From Verrucomicrobiota bacterium (GTDB lineage Bacteria; Verrucomicrobiota; Verrucomicrobiia; Chthoniobacterales; JAFAMB01): 64,000 nt of DNA. The notes below the pieces were generated by a model. The model was given only the letters and a program-made list of their open reading frames with translations. It did no database searches and was not told the origin of the DNA. Below, piece after piece: positions 59,091 to 64,000 of this stretch (position 1 is its first letter; every line of letters begins with the position of its first letter). Made by a program: the position numbers and the translations under genes. The stretch is from contig JAFAQT010000001.1 in assembly GCA_019246215.1 (NCBI GenBank), positions 5,225 through 69,224 of the forward strand, in the 5' to 3' direction.

Positions 59091-59843
59091 ATGGCTGACC
59101 ATGACTTAAGGCGATCCTTTCGATCGAGGGATGGCGCGCCGTTCACTGTATTCCTCGTCCTCTCGCTTGCCATCAACGGGGTAGGCGCCTATTGCGGTTG
59201 GTGGTTCAAATTCCCGGAGCCCCCTTTGCAAAAAGAGGATGCGATCCAGTTGACCGTTTTCGATACCAATGAGGTCGAAAAACTCGGCGATCCGAACCCG
59301 CCGGAAGAACAACCCCTTCCGCCGGAAACTGAGCCGACGCCGCCGGCCGAACGCGAGCCGACGCCACCTCCTTTGGATAAGCCGCCGGAATTCGAGATAC
59401 CTCAGGCAAAGCCAACGCCAAGGCCCAGTGCAGCGCCCAGTCCGGAGAATTCTCCGAAGCCTCATCCGGCGTCGACGCCACACCCGCACTCGCAGCCCAC
59501 AGTCAGGCCCGCGGGAGCTTCGAACTCGCACCTTCTGGCAACTCCTGGATTGACCAAAGGCAATCCGGCTGGCGCACCGGAAGGGACGGGAAATGGCGGA
59601 GCTCGTTCGGGTCTGCTCGTCCGGAGTCCGCGTCCTCCCTATCCGTCGCAAGCCCTTCAAATGCATATTTCAGGCGATGTGCACGTCACAATGACGGTTC
59701 AGGGCGGCAACATCGTCGACGCGGAGGGTTCCGGGCCACCCCTGTTGGCCAGTGCCGCAGCTCGATGGGTGAGGGCCAACTGGAAGTTTAATCCGGCGAC
59801 AAACGGAACGTACACGCTCCCGGTTTCATTCATCCTGCACTAG
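59091..59843 (+). CDS. tonB: energy transducer TonB
   Basis: N-terminal anchor, a long Pro-rich spacer (PPEEQPLPPETEPTPPAEREPTPPP...), and a C-terminal TonB domain (PPYPSQALQMHISGDVHVTMTV). Confidence 0.85.
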   Translation: MADHDLRRSFRSRDGAPFTVFLVLSLAINGVGAYCGWWFKFPEPPLQKEDAIQLTVFDTNEVEKLGDPNPPEEQPLPPETEPTPPAEREPTPPPLDKPPEFEIPQAKPTPRPSAAPSPENSPKPHPASTPHPHSQPTVRPAGASNSHLLATPGLTKGNPAGAPEGTGNGGARSGLLVRSPRPPYPSQALQMHISGDVHVTMTVQGGNIVDAEGSGPPLLASAAARWVRANWKFNPATNGTYTLPVSFILH

Positions 59844-60078
59844 GGGACTTTCGTCTCTGGACTGGTGCGGATCGGCAGGGTGCCGTTTTAGCAGGCTATA
59901 CTGCCGCTGATCAGGTGCGCACCAATCCTGAGAATAGCGCCGTTGATTACATATTTTGCGAAAGAAATCCGGTTTTGCTTGACTAAAAATCCCACAACCA
60001 TTAGACGGGCGCCTAAGTTGTTTCGTAGCGACGCTTTAGATGCCGCCATGCTTTGGGCCATAACTTGAGCAGGGAAAC

Positions 60079-63069
60079 ATGACCTTCAACACCATCAGGC
60101 GGGGTTTGACATTGGGTGGGATCCCTCGGCTTCCCCCGCATTTTTTTCAGAGTTCAAAGACCGGAAGGAGAAAAAGGTTTACTGACCGATGCCTTGCGGC
60201 GCTGGCAATTATTGTTCTGGCGTCAGTTTCAACGAGCGTCAGATCGCAGCAATCGCAGGCGCCAATAACCACAGCTGCGGCTAGCGAGTCGACAGCCGGC
60301 GGAGAATTGCAGAAGGTCACTGTGACCGGCTACCTCATACCGCGCGTTGGAATCGGTCCTCAGCCGGTAACGACACTCGATCAGGATTTATTCTCGAAAC
60401 AGGCGGATCAAACCGTTGCTGACACAATTTTAAGGTTTACCCAAAGCCTTGGCTCATTAACGACAATCACAACGGCGGGAAACAGCTTTTCTCCGGGCGG
60501 AACCACGGTCGGATTGAAAGGGCTTCCTTACGATGCCACTTTGATTCTTGTCGACGGGATTCGATTTCCAGCCTTCCCATTCGCGAACGTCTCAACCACG
60601 TTCGGCCCACAAAGCTTTGTCGACCTGAACTCTTTTCCAATCGCTTCGGTCGACCGGATTGAGATCTTGAAGGATGGAGGAAGTGCCACCTACGGGTCTG
60701 ACGCGGTTGCCGGGGTCATAAATCTGATTCTGAAGACTGATTACAAAGGAACAGACCTGAATTATTACTATGGTATCTCTCAGCGCGGTGATTACGAAGT
60801 CAATCACGGAGAGTTCACCAGCGGGATAAGTCACAATTTCAGCGATACCTCAAAATTGAGCATCGTTGCCGCCTTCGATATTTACACTCAGTCGCCGATT
60901 CTGGCGAGTGACCGCGCCTACAGTTCTTTTCTAGCGCACAGCCGGTACAGCCCGAAGTATCGCGACCAGCCACTTTTTTGGTCGCCCCAAGGGATATTTG
61001 CTGACGCTGCTGGCAACTTCTACGCTGTGAAACCGGGCACCGCCGGGTCGAACATCACCTCAGACGATTTCGATATTAACGGAAATCTTCCTTCGAACTT
61101 CAACACCAAATTTCAGCAAGAGTTGCCTCGAGAGACCCGGTACGGTGGGAGCTTTAATATCGGTTACGACGCTACATCGTGGCTTAAGGCTTACGATTCA
61201 TTTATCATTCAGCGGAACGAAGAGCTTAGCTCAACGCCTAATCAAGGATATGCGTTCAATAACCCTATAACAATTCCGAGCAATAACCCGTTTAACCCCT
61301 TCGGAGTGCCGCTCCAGCCGGCTGGGATAAATGCCTTGTATGAATTGGGTCCATGGGTCACCGACGCAACTATACGAACCCTCCGCAATACCGTCGGACT
61401 AACTTTTCAATTGCCGCACGACTGGTTTGTGGACTCGAGTTTCACCTACGGCGAAAGTGACGGAAGAGAGGTGGTTAATAACGCTGTCAATGTTATAAAA
61501 CTGCAACAGGCGTTAAATGGGACACTCCCAGGTTTCGAGGGTCAATTTTTCAATCCCTTCAACGACGAGTCCGTCTCCAGTCCGAACAAGCAGTTTCAAG
61601 ACGCTATTCGAACTCAGCAGATTCTGGATAGTCGCACTGACCTGGTTGACTGGATAGGAAAGGCTGGAGGTACAGTGTGGGAGCTGCCCGGCGGAGCATT
61701 GACGGCAGCCGGTGGTCTGGAGTACAGGAGCGAAAGCCTTGTCGATGTTAACGACAATAACAGCCGAAACTTTAATATAGGGAGTGCGAGTTTCCCAGGA
61801 AAACAAGTTTCTGCCCGACGATATGTTCAGAGTGTTTACGGAGAGGTAACACTGCCCATACTCGGCGGAAAATGGTCTTGGCCGGGAGCACGGCTCCTGG
61901 AGCTGGTCTACTCGGAAAGGTACGATAATTATTCAGATTTCGGTAGCGCGGCTAAGCCCAAATTCGCGTTCCGGTACAAACCAGTCGATGACCTGACTTT
62001 AAGAGCTTCGTACTCCGAAGGATTTGTCGCTCCATCGCTCAGCGAGTTGTTCGGCACGCCTATTATCGGAGCTGTCAGCATTAATGACCCCGTTCTTGGG
62101 ACCTCTTATTCAACGAACACGGCGACGATTGGCAACCCGCATTTAAAGGCGGAGAACTCCTACGGTTATTACGCTGGAGCAGTCTGGACCCCAGGCGCCG
62201 CCGACCCGGAGCACAGTTGGTGGGGTTGGGCGAATGGATTTGTGGCCTACATTGACTGGTATGAAGTCACTTTGCGTAAACTGGTTGGCCAACTTTCGGC
62301 GCAACAGGTGATTGATCTGGCAATCCCAGGCGCGATTACTCGTGGACCAACAGGTAATATCGTCAATGTCAATGAACCTTATCAGAACCTGGGAACGCGG
62401 ACGGTGGATGGAATAGACTTCGGGTTCAGTTACGTCACCAAGGAACATCCGTGGGGTAAACTCGATTTAGAAGCAAATGCCACCTACATTTATAACTTCA
62501 CCCTCAATCAATTTTTGGGGGTACAGGCCAATGGAAAGCCAAAATTTTCAGTGCTCGACCAGGAAGACTCATACGGAGTTCCCGATTTTAAGGCGATTAT
62601 CAGCCTGTTCTACTCAAAACTGTTATTTGGGATTGACACCTTCCGAACCGGATTGATCTTAAATTATATCGATTCCGAACACGATATTAATGACAACTTC
62701 AAGGGTACTTATGGGCAGGCAACATTGAACGCTCCGAATTATGTCCACCTGATCGGAAGTTTCACCACTCTTGATTGGCAAATCGCTTACACGCTCGGCG
62801 AATCTACTCCACCCTTGGCTCAAACTCCGCCGCCTGGCTATTCGAAAGATGGCAAGCGGATCATCGGTGAAAAAGCAATTTCGCCGAAACCCGAAGGGTC
62901 CAACAGCGGCATCCGCAAATGGCTCGCGAATACAACGCTGACGTTTGGGATTAACAATATCGGTGACGCGAAACCCCCATATTCTGCTGATTACTTCCAG
63001 GGTTTCGATACTGGTAACACCGTACCGTTTGGTCGCCTATTTTACGTTCAGATCGATAAGAAGTTCTAG
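60079..63069 (+). CDS. TonB-dependent outer-membrane receptor
   Basis: 996 aa with a signal region and plug-domain blocks (LILVDGIR, IEILKDGGSATYGSDAVAGVINLILK). A long beta-barrel ends in a terminal Phe (YVQIDKKF). The exact start is uncertain. Confidence 0.85.
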   Translation: MTFNTIRRGLTLGGIPRLPPHFFQSSKTGRRKRFTDRCLAALAIIVLASVSTSVRSQQSQAPITTAAASESTAGGELQKVTVTGYLIPRVGIGPQPVTTLDQDLFSKQADQTVADTILRFTQSLGSLTTITTAGNSFSPGGTTVGLKGLPYDATLILVDGIRFPAFPFANVSTTFGPQSFVDLNSFPIASVDRIEILKDGGSATYGSDAVAGVINLILKTDYKGTDLNYYYGISQRGDYEVNHGEFTSGISHNFSDTSKLSIVAAFDIYTQSPILASDRAYSSFLAHSRYSPKYRDQPLFWSPQGIFADAAGNFYAVKPGTAGSNITSDDFDINGNLPSNFNTKFQQELPRETRYGGSFNIGYDATSWLKAYDSFIIQRNEELSSTPNQGYAFNNPITIPSNNPFNPFGVPLQPAGINALYELGPWVTDATIRTLRNTVGLTFQLPHDWFVDSSFTYGESDGREVVNNAVNVIKLQQALNGTLPGFEGQFFNPFNDESVSSPNKQFQDAIRTQQILDSRTDLVDWIGKAGGTVWELPGGALTAAGGLEYRSESLVDVNDNNSRNFNIGSASFPGKQVSARRYVQSVYGEVTLPILGGKWSWPGARLLELVYSERYDNYSDFGSAAKPKFAFRYKPVDDLTLRASYSEGFVAPSLSELFGTPIIGAVSINDPVLGTSYSTNTATIGNPHLKAENSYGYYAGAVWTPGAADPEHSWWGWANGFVAYIDWYEVTLRKLVGQLSAQQVIDLAIPGAITRGPTGNIVNVNEPYQNLGTRTVDGIDFGFSYVTKEHPWGKLDLEANATYIYNFTLNQFLGVQANGKPKFSVLDQEDSYGVPDFKAIISLFYSKLLFGIDTFRTGLILNYIDSEHDINDNFKGTYGQATLNAPNYVHLIGSFTTLDWQIAYTLGESTPPLAQTPPPGYSKDGKRIIGEKAISPKPEGSNSGIRKWLANTTLTFGINNIGDAKPPYSADYFQGFDTGNTVPFGRLFYVQIDKKF

Positions 63070-63202
63070 TGCAGCGTCTCGCAGACAATGATGATGTCGC
63101 CGCGGCTCGGAGGGCGGCGGCTGCTTGAAAGCTTGAAACGCAACGACACCACCACATATCCGAGGCGGCAGACTAGGGTTTCGCTCACTTAACCGAATCA
63201 GC

Positions 63203-63742
63203 TCATTTCGCCGCGCTGAGTTTCGCCTCGGAAACGCTGAGTGTGTCAATCCAGCGATACAACGTGGCTTTTTCGTAAAACAGAGTGGCGCTTCTCGCCC
63301 GCGAAGAATAATAAATGTATCGATAAAGATAATCCGGATCGACAAGGTTTTTCGAACCCCTGGCCAGAATTTTTCCACTTGGATCCGTCAGGGTGTAATC
63401 AAAATACATCCGCAACGGTGACGCGACATTGCGATCGATCCGGGTATTAGTGAACTGTCGCGGCCTGGAAAGATCAATACGGCCGGCCAGATCGATATCC
63501 GTGAATCTCAGATTCAAGCTGTCTCCCGGAAAACGCTTGGCGACAAGGGGCGAGAGATAAGCCGAAACCTGGTCGCGAAATATCTCTGCGGACACATTTT
63601 CCTGTCGTCCCTGAATTCGAAAATCAGTGAAGTTTTCAGGTTTCACAAAATTGACGTGTACGTTACCCGGTTCCGCCGAAATGGCTGCCCTCAAACCGAG
63701 ACTGATCAAAGCCAAGAACAAGCTGCAAAATAGGTTCTTCAT
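63203..63742 (-). CDS. DUF3016-like secreted protein
   Basis: Signal peptide MKNLFCSLFLALISLGLRA. NFVKPENFTDF... and ...RFTDIDLAG resemble DUF3016 as I recall it. Confidence 0.5.
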   Translation of the reverse strand: MKNLFCSLFLALISLGLRAAISAEPGNVHVNFVKPENFTDFRIQGRQENVSAEIFRDQVSAYLSPLVAKRFPGDSLNLRFTDIDLAGRIDLSRPRQFTNTRIDRNVASPLRMYFDYTLTDPSGKILARGSKNLVDPDYLYRYIYYSSRARSATLFYEKATLYRWIDTLSVSEAKLSAAK

Positions 63743-63883
63743 ACGTACTAGACCTTTCCCTCGTCGGAAGATATTCCCGTTTGCATGTGGGCGCTACGCT
63801 CATTCCGGCATGGACACCCGATAGACAAATCCGACGCTTTCACCTAGTCTTAGCTGGCGTCTGGAACTGCGTCCATTCCGCTT

Positions 63884-64000
63884 ATGAATCCGACTTTTGA
63901 AAAAGCGAATCCCTGGTTAGACGATCTCGTTAGTTACATTCCAGGAAAACCGATCGAAGACGTCGCCAGGGAGCTTGGGCTGGAGCCGAGCCAGATTGTA
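63884..64000 (+). CDS. hisC: histidinol-phosphate aminotransferase, N-terminal 39 codons (runs off the window end)
   Basis: Manual translation gives MNPTFEKANPWLDDLVSYIPGKPIEDVARELGLEPSQIV. The Y.PGKPIE.V.RE.G pattern is typical of HisC N-termini. It is not in the ORF track because it is truncated. Confidence 0.55.
   Translation, partial: MNPTFEKANPWLDDLVSYIPGKPIEDVARELGLEPSQIV

Noticed and set aside
59844-60078. Possible cobalamin or other riboswitch upstream of the TonB-dependent receptor
   Set aside because: I saw no B12-box-like sequence or extended conserved helices. There is only a weak TTGACT promoter-like hexamer.

Overview
This window looks like a core chromosomal segment of a moderate-GC bacterium. 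The gene content and weak Shine-Dalgarno usage would fit a PVC/Verrucomicrobia-like organism, but that is a guess I cannot verify. The backbone is housekeeping. It contains tRNA-Thr, tuf, tRNA-Trp, secE, nusG, rplKAJL and rpoBC, followed by a PduO-type adenosyltransferase, rpsB-tsf, an L,D-transpeptidase, an Aas-like acyltransferase/acyl-ACP synthetase and mutS. A fur-sufCBD operon follows, then exbB-exbD-tonB and a TonB-dependent receptor. The left third carries a SAM-cycle block (ArsR-methyltransferase regulator divergent from metK-ahcY), a eukaryote-type UGPase, and a parB operon with no parA. It also carries MFS/LplA-like genes and a cNMP-binding histidine kinase. Four things merit a second look. 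(1) A textbook SAM-I riboswitch on the minus strand (about 15656->15536) precedes a threonine-synthase homologue. That gene is tightly coupled to a MoaD/ThiS-type carrier ending in GG, which suggests a thiocarboxylate-dependent route to homocysteine. (2) A 1868-aa covalent tandem UvrA-UvrA fusion has four ABC ATPase modules, and its second unit appears to lack the insertion domain. (3) An FHA-adenylate cyclase lies convergent with a two-FHA ABCG-type transporter (Rv1747-like architecture), with no Ser/Thr kinase visible. (4) A SahR-like regulator sits next to metK-ahcY. Relics include an asparaginase fragment abutting tRNA-Pro and an SDR N-terminal stub. I saw no CRISPR arrays, rRNA or obvious mobile elements. 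All calls come from reading the sequence and translations by eye; no searches were run.
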